DNA from: Ranitomeya imitator
Lineage: Eukaryota
Reading direction: 5' to 3'
DNA length: 62,735 nucleotides
Assembly (NCBI RefSeq): GCF_032444005.1
Contig: NC_091289.1
Span: 183,210,001-183,272,735, forward strand
This document shows, piece by piece, positions 1-12,900 of this stretch. Below the pieces are notes generated by a model that was not told the DNA's origin, searched no databases, and was given only the letters and a program-made list of their open reading frames with translations. Position 1 is the stretch's first letter. Each line of letters starts with the position of its first letter. Position numbers and translations under genes: made by a program.

Positions 1-665
1 GCCGTACTATACTGCACTCTGCCGTAATATACTGCACTCTGCCGTACTATACTGGACTCTGCCGTACTATACTGGACTCTGCCGTACTATACTGGACTCT
101 GCCGTACTATACTGCACTCTGCCGTACTATACTGCACTCTGCCGTACTATACTGCACTCTGCCGTACTATACTGCACTCTGCCGTACTATACTGCACTCT
201 GCCGTACTATACTGCACTCTGCCGTAATATACTGCACTCTGCCGTACTATACTGGACTCTGCCGTACTATACTGCACTCTGCCGTACTATACTGCACTCT
301 GCCGTACTATACTGCACTCTGCCGTATTATACTGCACTCTGCCGTACTATGCTGCACTCTGCCGTACTATACTGGACTCTACGGTACTATGCTGCACTCT
401 GCCGTACTATGCTGCACTCTGCCGTACTATACTGGACTCTACGGTACTATGCTGCACTCTGCCGTACTATGCTGCACTCTGCCGTACTATGCTGCACTCT
501 GCCGTACTATACTGCACTCTGCCGTACTATACTGCACTCTGCCGTACTATGCTGCACTCTGCCGTACTATACTGGACTCTACGGTACTATGCTGCACTCT
601 GCCGTACTATACTGCACTCTGCCGTACTATGCTGCACTCTGGCGTACTATGCTGCACTCTGCTAC
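1..665. repeat. 20-bp minisatellite (gccgtactatactgcactct)n
   Basis: About 33 near-identical 20-bp units starting at the window edge. Confidence 0.97.
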
Positions 666-959
666 ACTACATGGTTGTATATTTTCCCTAAAGTCTTACA
701 TTTCCCACAATGTATCACAATCGCTGACCATTCTGTGAGTTACTGGGGAGATGGCAGGAATGTGTGGAGTTTTGCACTGTGAACCCTTACAGAAGACTAT
801 GGGGTGTATTACAGATCGGCACGGGGTTGTGATCACATTTTCTGTGCCTAAGTCTCTGCCAGTCCATTGTGCCTCCAGCAATGATCTCCTGTCCTGTGAG
901 TGGCTGTGTGATGATGGAGCAGCGTGTCCACCGGCCCAGTATTACAGAGGAATGATCAC

Positions 960-3900
960 CTTTGGAGTCTGCCAGGCTACTCCTGCGGTTCTTCCTTTCT
1001 ACCCCAAGCGCCACCTCCAGGTCATGGACCTTTGTACGACTGATCTTCAGCTCTCGACGTAACTCATTAATTTCCTTAATCAGTGTTACATTTTCCTGCA
1101 CAAGACAAAGCAGAGACGGTGGGCTCACCTGCACGCTGCGGTCACATGGACAGTTCTAATATTTCACCTCCGCAGCCAGATGTCACATTGTAGTGGATGG
1201 GATTGGAGTAAAAGAGCGATCATAAAATGCTGCAGAAAATCACAAGTCCCTGAGGCCAAAGCAATGCATCATGTGATCACAGCCCCAGGGACAAGGGCAG
1301 ACAGGGAAATGCATGTACTGTTGACGGATCTCCATCATGTGGTGCCTCTACCTGCATCACCCGGACGTTATCAGCACGGTGGATCTCTGTGTCCTTCACC
1401 AGCTTCTTCTGTAATGTGCTAAGGCTGCGCTCCAAGTGCTCCCGCTGCCGGGCAAACTCCCGCTGGATGTCCGCATCGATGCCCACAATCTCTGCCTGGA
1501 AGGAAGGAGAAGTACGAAACTTACAAGAAGATGCCCTGCTCTATGGCTCCACTGCGGACTGAGACGTCTGATGGGCACCAAGATGAGATAGTCAGGAAAA
1601 AGGATGAAAATCACGTTCTCAGCTACTGCCGGTGCTGGGAGCAATCCGGAGTCTTGTGTATAATGTAATGATTAACTGGAGTGAATAGCTGTTTATGTAA
1701 TGGATGTGATACTGAGCACCATGCAGGAGATATATACAGTATACAGGAGATATATACAGACCCCTATATACAGAGATATATACAGTATACAGACCCCTAT
1801 ATAGGAGATACATACAGTATACAGACCCCTGTACAAGTGATATATAAGTATACAGACCCCTGTACAGGAGATATATATATACTGTACAGTATGCAGACCC
1901 CTGCACAGGAGATATACACAGACTCCTATATCCAGATATATACAGTATACAGCCCTGTATACAGGAGATATATACAGACCCCTGTATACAGATATATATA
2001 CAGTATACAGCCCTTTATACAGGAGATATATACAGACCCCTATATACAATATACAGTATACAGCCCTGTATACAGGAGATATATACAGACCCTATATACA
2101 GAGATATATACAGTATACAGCCCTTTATACATGTGATATATACAGTATACAGACCCCTGTACAGGAGATATATATACTGTACAGTATACAGACCCCTGCA
2201 CAGGAGATATATACAGACCCCAATATACATATATATATACAGTATACAGCCCTTTATAAAGGAGATATATACAGACCCCTATATATAGATATATACAGTA
2301 TACAGCCTTTTATACAGGAGATATATACAGACCCCTATATACAATATACAGTATACAGCCCTGTATACAAGAGATATATACAGACCCTATACACAGAGAT
2401 ATATACAGTATACAGCCCTTTATACAGGTGATATATACAGTATACAGACCCCTGTACAGGAGATATATACAGGTCCTTCTCAAAAAATTAGCATATAGTG
2501 TTAAATTTCATTATTTACCATAATGTAATGATTACAATTAAACTTTCATATATTATAGATTCATTATCCACCAACTGAAATGTGTCAGGTCTTTTATTGT
2601 TTTAATACTGATGATTTTGGCATACAACTCCTGATAACCCAAAAAACCTGTCTCAATAAATTAGCATATTTCACCCATCCAATCAAATAAAAGTGTTTTT
2701 TAATAACAAACAAAAAAACCATCAAATAATAATGTTCAGTTATGCACTCAATACTTGGTCGGGAATCCTTTGGCAGAAATGACTGCTTCAATGCGGCGTG
2801 GCATGGAGGCAATCAGCCTGTGACACTGCTGAGATGTTATGGAGGCCCAGGATGCTTCAATAGCGGCCTTAAGCTCATCCAGAGTGTTGGGTCTTGCGTC
2901 TCTCAACTTTCTCTTCACAATATCCCACAGATTCTCTATGGGGTTCAGGTCAGGAGAGTTGGCAGGCCAATTGAGCACAGTAATAACATGGTCAGTAAAC
3001 CATTTACCAGTGGTTTTGGCACTGTGAGCAGGTGCCAGGTCGTGCTGAAAAATGAAATCTTCATCTCCATAAAGCATTTCAGCCGATGGAAGCATGAAGT
3101 GCTCCAAAATCTCCTGATAGCTAGCTGCATTGACCCTGCCCTTGATGAAACACAGTGGACCAACACCAGCAGCTGACATGGCACCCCACACCATCACTGA
3201 CTGTGGGTACTTGACACTGGACTTCAGGCATTTTGGCATTTCCTTCTCCCCAGTCTTCCTCCAGACTCTGGCACCTTGATTTCCGAATGACATGCAAAAT
3301 TTGCTTTCATCAGAAAAAAGTACTTGGGACCACTTAGCAACAGTCCAGTGCTGCTTCTCTGTAGCCCAGGTCAGGCGCCTCTGCCGCTGTTTATGGTTCA
3401 AAAGTGGCTTTACCTGGGGAATGCGGCACCTGTAGCCCATTTCCTGCACACGCCTGTGCACGGTGGCTCTGGATGTTTCCACACCAGACTCAGTCCACTG
3501 CTTCCTCAGGTTCCCCAAGGTCTGGAATCGGTCCTTCTCCACAATCTTCCTCAGGGTCCGGTCTCCTCTTCTCGTTGTACAGCATTTTCTGCCACATTGT
3601 TTCCTTCCAACAGACTTACCATTGAGGTGCCTTGATACAGCACTCTGGGAACAGCCTATTTGTTGAGAAATTTCTTTCTGGGTCTTACCCTCTTGCTTGA
3701 GGGTGTCAATGATGGCCTTCTTGACATCTGTCAGGTCGCTAGTCTTACCCATGATGGGGGTTTTGAGTAATGAACCAGGCAGGGAGTTTATAAAAGCCTC
3801 AGGTATCTTTTGCATGTGTTTAGAGTTAATTAGTTGATTCAGAAGATTAGGGTAATAGGTCGTTTAGAGAACCTTTTCTTGATATGCTAATTCATTGAGA

Positions 3901-6900
3901 CAGGTTTTTTGGGTTATCAGGAGTTGTATGCCAAAATCATCAGTATTAAAACAATAAAAGACCTGACAAATTTCAGTTGGTGGATAATGAATCTATAATA
4001 TATGAAAGTTTAATTGTAATCATTACATTATGGTAAATAATGAAATTTAACACTATATGCTAATTTTTTGAGAAGGACCTGTACAGTATACAGCCCTTTA
4101 TACAGGAGATAAATACAGACCCCTATAAAGCAGATATATAAAGACCTATGTAAGCAATAAATACAGACCCCTGCACAGGAGATATATACAGTATACAGAC
4201 CCCAGTACAGGAGATACATACAGTACACAGACCCCTGCACAGATATATATATATACTGTACAGTATACAGACCCCTGCACAGGAGATACATACAGTATAC
4301 AGACCCCTGTACAGGAGATATACACAGTATACAGACCCCTGTACAGGAGCTATATACAGTACACAGACCCCTGTACAGGAGATACATACAGTATACAGAC
4401 CCCTGTACAAGTGATATATAAGTATACAGACGCCTGTACAGGAGATATACACAGTATACAGACCCCTGCACAGGAGAAATACACAGTATACAGACCCCTG
4501 TACAGGAGATATACACAGTACACAGACCCCTGTACAGGAGATATACACAGTACACAGACCCCGGTACAGGAGATATATACAGTATACAGACCCCTGTACA
4601 GGAGATATATACAGTATACAGACCCCAGTACACGAGATATACACAGTATACAGACCCCTGTACAGGAGATATATACAGTATACAGACCCCAGTACACGAG
4701 ATATACACAGTATACAGACCCCTGTACAGGAGATATATACAGTATACAGACCCCTATATAGGAGATACATACAGTATACAGACCCCTTGTCACGATTCCC
4801 CTGACCGCTGTCACCAATGGGTCAGGATTCACACCGTGACCGTCACCCCTACGTCACGGATTGAGGTGACTTTAGGCCAACAGACGGCTATCACATGTGC
4901 AGGGGGGCTTATCTTGGTTATCCCTCCACTCCACGATGTGATGAAAAACCACACACAAGGCTATTGACCTCTTAGTTTACAGCAGGGGCTTATTCTAGGT
5001 ATCCCACTGCTTTCAATATACCACAAACTTCAGGGATTTATGTATATCCCGCTTACAGTTCCACTTAACACTTGCAGTTCTCTGGCGCCCCCTTACTCTC
5101 AGGTCAGATTAGGTACTGCACCCTGGGTAATTAGTCGCCAGAAAGGCTGCCTGCTATGTACTGGCTATTGGGCACGCTGCAGCGACGCGATAACTACTCC
5201 CACTCAGGCAGGAACAATAATTATTAACCCCGCAGCCGCTTCAGCATCACCCAAAAGTCTGCACACTATCGGTATCACTGCCACCAGCTTCGATTAAACG
5301 GGTCCGAAGCTAACCCAACACAACAGTAACAGTAGTGTATTTTCCCTTCAAGAGACTTAGGGTACGGTTTAGAACAGGAGAACGGACTAATATATAATAT
5401 TATATCCCATAAAAAATTAGGCAGTGCTTTATCAAAAATATTTTATAAAGATGTTATAAATGAGACAATTGCAAATATGTACATGGGTAATTATAACATA
5501 AAGGGAATAAATGAGAAAAGATAACACTCACATGTTAAAAGCATGGCGGACACCCCAGGCTAGTGCAGTTTCCATACATCCCAGTCCATGGGATGTACTC
5601 AGCTCTTCCAGGACCATAGGACAAGAAGTCCAGAAGAAGAAATCAAGCAGAGAGACTGAGCTAGGGAGCCTGCCACAATTTAATACCTTAAGGCTTTGAC
5701 ATCACAGAAGGGCTGGCTTATCCAGACCCTCCTCTCTCTACATTCTGAGTACTTCAATCTTAAATTTATCTACTTGCTATAACTTCGCTACAAAACATGA
5801 CAGAGTCAGACTCAACCTATCATTCATCTCGGATTAACGTGAGCATTCTAATGAGATCAAATATGTCCTATCTGGGATACATATTTACAGAGAAAACCCT
5901 ACTTCTTTACCAGACGGAGTTAGAAGCCCGAGTTTCAAGGGATGGGTAGATACACCGAGTGAGGATACGAATATATATTTTCGTATTTCTAGCTTAAATC
6001 GTTTGCCTAATATCTAACAAAAACTAAACAAAGAATCTTTCATGAATTTTTGGAGCCACTTTTCCAGTTCTAACTGGTGAAAGTGGGAGGGGTGAGGGAC
6101 TTTCCTCTGAGCCTGGAATTTACGACCCCAGGGCAATAAAAACCCCTTCTAGCATACAGTCTGTAGCCCAGAGAGAAACAAGTAGAGTCAGCTAGTGAAG
6201 GGGGGGTTTAGCCCACCTCATGAGCTGAAGAGCAACTAAACTTATATGATATTTCATACCATATCGTGACACCTCACCCTTTTGGTGTGCGCTAGGGAGG
6301 CAGTACCCCACGGTATGCCTCCATGGGCACCTCAGTAGGTTCACCCTGGCGGGAGAGTCCATCTGCATTCCCATGCTCCCTGCCCGTTTTGTGTTCAATG
6401 GTGAAGTCAAACTGCTGAAGGGCAAGGCTCCAGCGTAGCAACCTGCCGTTGGTTCCACACATGGCATTTAGCCAGCGCAGAGGGTTGTGGTCGGTCACCA
6501 CAGTGAAGGGGTGACCGTACAAGTAGGGCTGCAAGCGCTGCAGGGCCCAGACTATGGCCAGGCACTCCTTCTCGATGGTGGAGTAGGCCACTTCCCTCGG
6601 CAAAAGTTTCCGGCTCAGGTATAACACGGGGTGCTCTTGGTCCTCCGAGTCAACCTGGCTGAGCACAGCACCAAGGCCAAACTCGCTGGCGTCGGTCTGC
6701 ACCAAGAACGGTCGACTGCTGTCGACTGCTTTCAACACAGGGGCGTTGCACAGTGCGGTTTTCAACGCCTGGAAGGCCCCCTCACAGCCATCTGTCCAGA
6801 TGACGATGTGGGGTAGCTTCTTCCTGGTGAGGTCCGTCAAAGGTTTTGCCAGGCTACTATAGTGCTGTACGAAGCACCTATAGTACCCTGCAGTGCCCAA

Positions 6901-9900
6901 GAAGGACATCACCTGTTTCTTGGTCACGGGAGTGGGCCAGTTCACGATCACTCCCACTTTGTCAGGCTCTGGCTTCAGGGTGTTCCCGCCTACCCGGTGC
7001 CCCAGGTAGTGAACCTCCCTCATGCCCATCTGGCACTTTCCCGGCTTGATAGTCAGTCCTGCTTGGTCAATTCGCCTGAGCACCTCCTCGAGATGCTGCA
7101 GGTGTTCCTTCCAGGAGGGACTGAAGATGGCAATGTCATCCAAGTACGCCACGGCGTACGTCTCCAGTCCCTGAAGCAGGAGGTTGACCATCCGCTGGAA
7201 AGTGGCAGGGGCATTCTTCATGCCGAAGGGCATGACCGTGGACTCGTACAGTCCAAAGGGTGTGATAAAGGCGGACTTCTCCTGCGCCTCGGGGCTCAGG
7301 GGAATCTGCCAGTATCCTCTACTCAAATCCATTATTGTCAGATATTTTGCGCCAGCTAACTTCTCAAGCAGCTCCTCGATGCGCGGCATGGGGTGCGCGT
7401 CAGAGGCTGTAATGGCGTTGAGCCCCCTGTAGTCCACGCAGAACCGGGTGGTCCGGTCCTTCTTTGGCACGAGAACTACAGGTGAGGCCCACGCACTCTT
7501 TGACCGTCGAATCACCCCCAGGTGTAACATCTCATCGATCTCTTGGCGCATAATCTGCTGCACCTGGTCAGAGATTCGATAGGGTGTTCGCCGTAGTGGG
7601 GCGTGATTCCCGGTGTCCACCTCGTGGACTGCTAACTGAGTCCTCCCAGGTCGGTTGGAGAACACAACCCGGAAGGGTTCCAGGGTGGTTTGCAACTGCA
7701 CCCGCTGGGGTTCAGTTAACGAGGCGCTTACCTCCACATCCTCGATGGACCCATTGGCCTTGGCTTGGGCCAGCAAGTCCAGGAGGGTGTCTTCCTCACC
7801 GTCTTCGGGCAAGCTGCAGACCGGTAGGACGAAAGGTTCACGTTCGTGATGAGCCTTCATCATGTTGACGTGAAAGGCCTTTCGCCTACCCCGAGCGTGG
7901 TCAAGCGTGACCATATAACTGACCGGGTTGAGCTGTTGATGGATGACGTACGGGCCCTCCCAGGGGGCCTGAAGCTTATCCGTTGGTACGGGGACCAGCA
8001 CCCACACCTTTTGACCCACGTGGTAGGTCCGCTCCCGGGCGTTCTGGTCGTACCAGTGCTTCTGATCAGCCTGAGCCTGCGTCATGTTGTCATGCACCAA
8101 CTGCGTCAAGGTCTGCATCTTGTCACGGAAGCGCATGACATACTCCACTATGGACACTTCAGAAGGGTTCGGCTCCTCTTCCCAGGATTCTCTTACCAAC
8201 CCAAGGGGTCCCCGAACTCGCCTGCCGTACAGGAGCTCGAAGGGGGAGAACCCCGTCGAGGCCTGCGGAACCTCTCGGTAAGCGAACAGCAGGTGTGGGA
8301 GGTAACGCTCCCAGTCGCGCCCTTGAGTCTCAACCAGCATGCGTAGCATCTGTTTGAGGGTACCATTGAAGCGTTCACACAGGCCATTGGTCTGTGGGTG
8401 ATACGCACTCGATACCAGGTGCTTCACCTGCATTCTCTTACAGAGAGCCTCCATTAGGCGAGACATAAATTGGGTCCCTTGATCAGTAAGCATTTCCCTG
8501 GGAAACCCTACACGTGAAAAGATGGCCAACAGGGCATCTGCCACCTTATCTGCCCTAGTTGAGGACAGAGCTACTGCCTCTGGGTACCGGGTAGCGTAGT
8601 CTACCACAGTAAGGATGTATTGCTTTCCAGAGCTGCTGGGGACGGCCAGCGGGCCCACAATGTCCACCGCGATCCTCTGGAAAGGCTCCTCTATCACTGG
8701 CAAAGGGATCAGGGGAGCCTTAAGAGCAGGCCCCGCCTTCCCCACTCTTTGACAAGTTATACAGGAGCGGCAGTAGTTTGACACATCTGTCCCCATCTTA
8801 GGCCAATAGAAGTGTTGAGACAGCCGGGCCTTAGTTTTGCTGATCCCCAAGTGTCCAGCTAGCGGGATCTCATGGGCAATCCGCAACAACTCACCACGGA
8901 ATTGCTGCGGGACGACCAGCTGTCTTTCCCTCAACCACTCCTTTTGTGATTCTCCGGGTACTGTCTCCCGGTACAACCTTCCTTGTTCCCAGAACACCTT
9001 CTCCTTATCAGTCTCGGAGAAGCGCGTCCCGGCGAGTTGTCTCAAACTCTCTAGGCTCGCATCTGTGTGCAGAGCGGCCTGAAACTCCTGGCTAGGGGAA
9101 GCCAGAAGCGATGTCAGGGTCCCTTTCCCACGGGAACCCTCTTGGACCTGCTCTGGGTCCACCTCTGGTTCAGTCACAGTAATGACTGAGGAGGGTCCGG
9201 AAGGCAGACAGTTATCTGCGTTCCGGGCACTCTGACTGCGGGTGACAGCAGCTACGTAGGCTGTCTCCCTGGGGGTTTCTACAGTCCCATCAGCCGGCGC
9301 TGCTATGGGCTCTACCTCCCCATCCACCCCCAACACTTCAGGGGCAGTGCTACTTATGGGCCAGTTACCTTCCTCGGTGGCACTGGTCACTTTCATGGCA
9401 TCACCTTCCTCACGGTTCCCATGCATCTCCCCATTTCCTGTAGCACCGACACTTGCCCCTGTTAGGGGTTCCTCAGCCGTCTCACTCCGCAGAGCGACGT
9501 GGCTGGGCACGCCTGTACCTATGGACACATTAACCTTCACAGAAAAATCATTATCAGGTTCAGCTGGCACAGGTACAACATTTTCACCATCAATCCTAGG
9601 GAAAAAATGGTTATTAGATGCATCATTACAAGATAAAGCATGGTCAGGTAACACATGCGATCTCCCATCATCATCATCAGGGTTAACGTTACCCTTATTA
9701 GTAGATTGGGGAGGGGTATCAGTGACGTAGTATGCAAACATCCTCCCCAAATCAGTCCCCAACAAAACATCAGTGGGCAAATTATCCGACAGCCCCACTT
9801 CCTTCACCCCGCTCCCAGCACCCCAATATAAACCCGGGCCATCGGTAAGGGACAGCTGATGCCCCCAATCCCAGTGACAGTTAGGGTTTTCCCCGGAATG

Positions 9901-12900
9901 ATTTCTTCAGGGGCCGCCTGTTCGGGTCGGATGAGGGTTCGTTCAGCCCCGGTGTCCTTGAGGCCTGTAGCAACATGGCCTCCCACAGTGACGGGCTGTA
10001 CGTTGTCACACACCCTCCCAACCACACCACCCACCAAAAGAACTGCTGCATTAGGCCCTGGGGCCTTGGCTGGGGGGTTCTTCGGCCTGTCTGGACAGAA
10101 GGTACTGATATGCCCAGGCCGCTTGCAGTAGTAACACTGGCGAGGTTCGGTGGTAGGTCTGGTGTTGTTGGCCACAGGGCCAGGACCTCTGGTGTGCTGG
10201 CTGGCAGGGGTACTGGCGTTGGTTGCAGGCTTACCCCCTCTCCAGCTGGTGGTGACTGGCTTCCGCACTTCCGATCTACGGTTGGCCTCATAGGCATCGG
10301 CAATCTGCGCTGCTTTCGTCACGTCTTTGGGTTTTCTGTCCATCACGAACTGTCGCACCTCAGCTGGGCAAAGATGAAAGAACTGGTCTTTGATCATCAG
10401 GTCTCGCAGCTGTACAAAGGTGGTCACTGACAGTCCTTGGGTCCACTGGTCAAAGTGGGTCCCCAGTCCATGCACCACATCACTGTAACTGTCGTGTGGG
10501 CCACGTTGGAGGGTCCGGAACTTTCTACGGTACACCTCGGGTGTAAGCTGGTACTTGGCTATCAGAGCCTTTTTGATGGCCTCATAGTCACCATCTTGTT
10601 CTTGAGGGAGGGCAGCAAACGCCTCCAGAGCTTTACCTCTCAGCCCTGGTGTCAGGTATCGTGCCCATTCATCTGTAGGCATCCGGTACTGTCTGCAGGC
10701 TTTCTCAACGGCCCGCAGAAAAGTGTCCAAGTCCCCGTCCTTCTCCATAACAGGGAAGTGATCTGGCCGGGGCTTAGGTATCTGAGCGCTGCTGGGCTCA
10801 CGTCTCTGGGCGGTGGAGGGCATCCCCCCTTGCCGGAGCATCTCCAGTTCATGTTCTCGCTGGGCTTGGCGCTCGGCTCTCTCAGCCTCCCGCTCGGCTC
10901 TCTCAGCCTCCCGCTCGGCTCTCTCAGCCTCTCGCTGGGCCTCTCGTTCGGCTCGGGCCTCCTGCCGATACTGCTGAATCAGCCGTAGGCGTCCCTCATG
11001 GTCATCAGTGGGGAGTTCTTCCAAGGCCGCCTGCAGGTGGGGGTCCAATTCGCCCGGATTGCTAACAGGGCCAGCATTCAGTGGTTGGACCTCTGCTGCA
11101 GCACCATGTTCGCTGGTGCTGGCTTCTGCGGCCTCTGCGCTCTGAGAGCGGTCTCGAGCGGCTTCCCATTGCACCAGATCTGCGACCAGTTGGGCTTTGT
11201 TTTTGCTTGCAAAGTCAATGTGCTGTGTCTTGCATAAGGCAACAAGGGTGTCTCTGATCTGCTGCTCATAAAAGGTTTCTCCCAGCACAACCATGGTTGC
11301 CAAATAAAAGATAGGATAGAAAAACGAAGAGAAAGGGAGGGGATAATTACCAGTACGCAATTGTCTCAAGACTAATAAAACACTGAGTTCGTTCTCCAAA
11401 CTTATTTGCGAAGAGTCCTCGCAAGAACTTTCTGCAAGTTTTTAGTGAGAGGAATGATTACTCAAACCAAATCACTAATGCTCTAAGATATCCCACCGCC
11501 TTGCCACCAATTGTCACGATTCCCCTGACCGCTGTCACCAATGGGTCAGGATTCACACCGTGACCGTCACCCCTACGTCACGGATTGAGGTGACTTTAGG
11601 CCAACAGACGGCTATCACATGTGCAGGGGGGCTTATCTTAGTTATCCCTCCACTCCACGATGTGATGAAAAACCACACACAAGGCTATTGACCTCTTAGT
11701 TTACAGCAGGGGCTTATTCTAGGTATCCCACTGCTTTCAATATACCACAAACTGCAGGGATTTATGTATATCCCGCTTACAGTTCCACTTAACACTTGCA
11801 GTTCTCTGGCGCCCCCCTTACTCTCAGGTCAGATTAGGTACTGCACCCTGGGTAATTAGTCGCCAGAAAGGCTGCCTGCTATGTACTGGCTATTGGGCAC
11901 GCTGCAGCGACGCGATAACTACTCCCACTCAGGCAGGAACAATAATTATTAACCCCGCAGCCGCTTCAGCATCACCCAAAAGTCTGCACACTATCGGTAT
12001 CGGTACCAGCTTCGATTAAACGGGTCCGAAGCTAACCCAACACAACAGTAACAGTAGCGTATTTTCCCTTCAAGAGACTTAGGGTACGGTTTAGAACAGG
12101 AGAACGGACTAATATATAATATTATATCCCATAAAAAATTAGGCAGTGCTTTATCAAAAATATTTTATAAAGATGTTATAAATGAGACAATTGCAAATAT
12201 GTACATGGGTAATTATAACATAAAGGGAATAAATGAGAAAAGATAACACTCACATGTTAAAAGCATGGCGGACACCCCAGGCTAGTGCAGTTTCCATACA
12301 TCCCAGTCCATGGGATGTACTCAGCTCTTCCAGGACAATAGAACAAGAAGTCCAGAAGAAGAAATCAAGCAGAGAGACTGAGCTGGGGAGCCTGCCACAA
12401 CTTAATACCTTAAGGCTTTGACATCACAGAAGGGCTGGCTTATCCAGACCCTCCTCTCTCTACATTCTGAGTACTTCAATCTTAAATTTATCTACTTGCT
12501 ATAACTTCGCTACAAAACATGACAGAGTCAGACTCAACCTATCATTCATCTCGGATTAACGTGAGCATTCTAATGAGATCAAATATGTCCTATCTGGGAT
12601 ACATATTTACAGAGAAAACACTACTTCTTTACCAGACGGAGTTAGAAGCCCAAGTTTCAAGGGATGGGTAGATACACCGAGTGAGGATACGAATATATAT
12701 TTTCGTATTTCTAGCTTAAATCGTTTGCCTAATATCTAACAAAAACTAAACAAAGAATCTTTCATGAATTTTTGGAGCCACTTTTCCAGTTCTAACTGGT
12801 GAAGGTGGGAGGGGTGAGGGACTTTCCTCTGAGCCTGGAATTTACGACCCCAGGGCAATAAAACCCCCTTCTAGCATACAGTCTGTAGCCCAGAGAGAAA

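Noticed and set aside
349-782. ORFs of 97-129 aa in the 20-bp array
   Set aside because: Periodic translations of a minisatellite.
3753-3815. 21-aa N-terminal extension of the Tc1 ORF
   Set aside because: An upstream in-frame ATG; family homology starts at MGKTSDL (3752).
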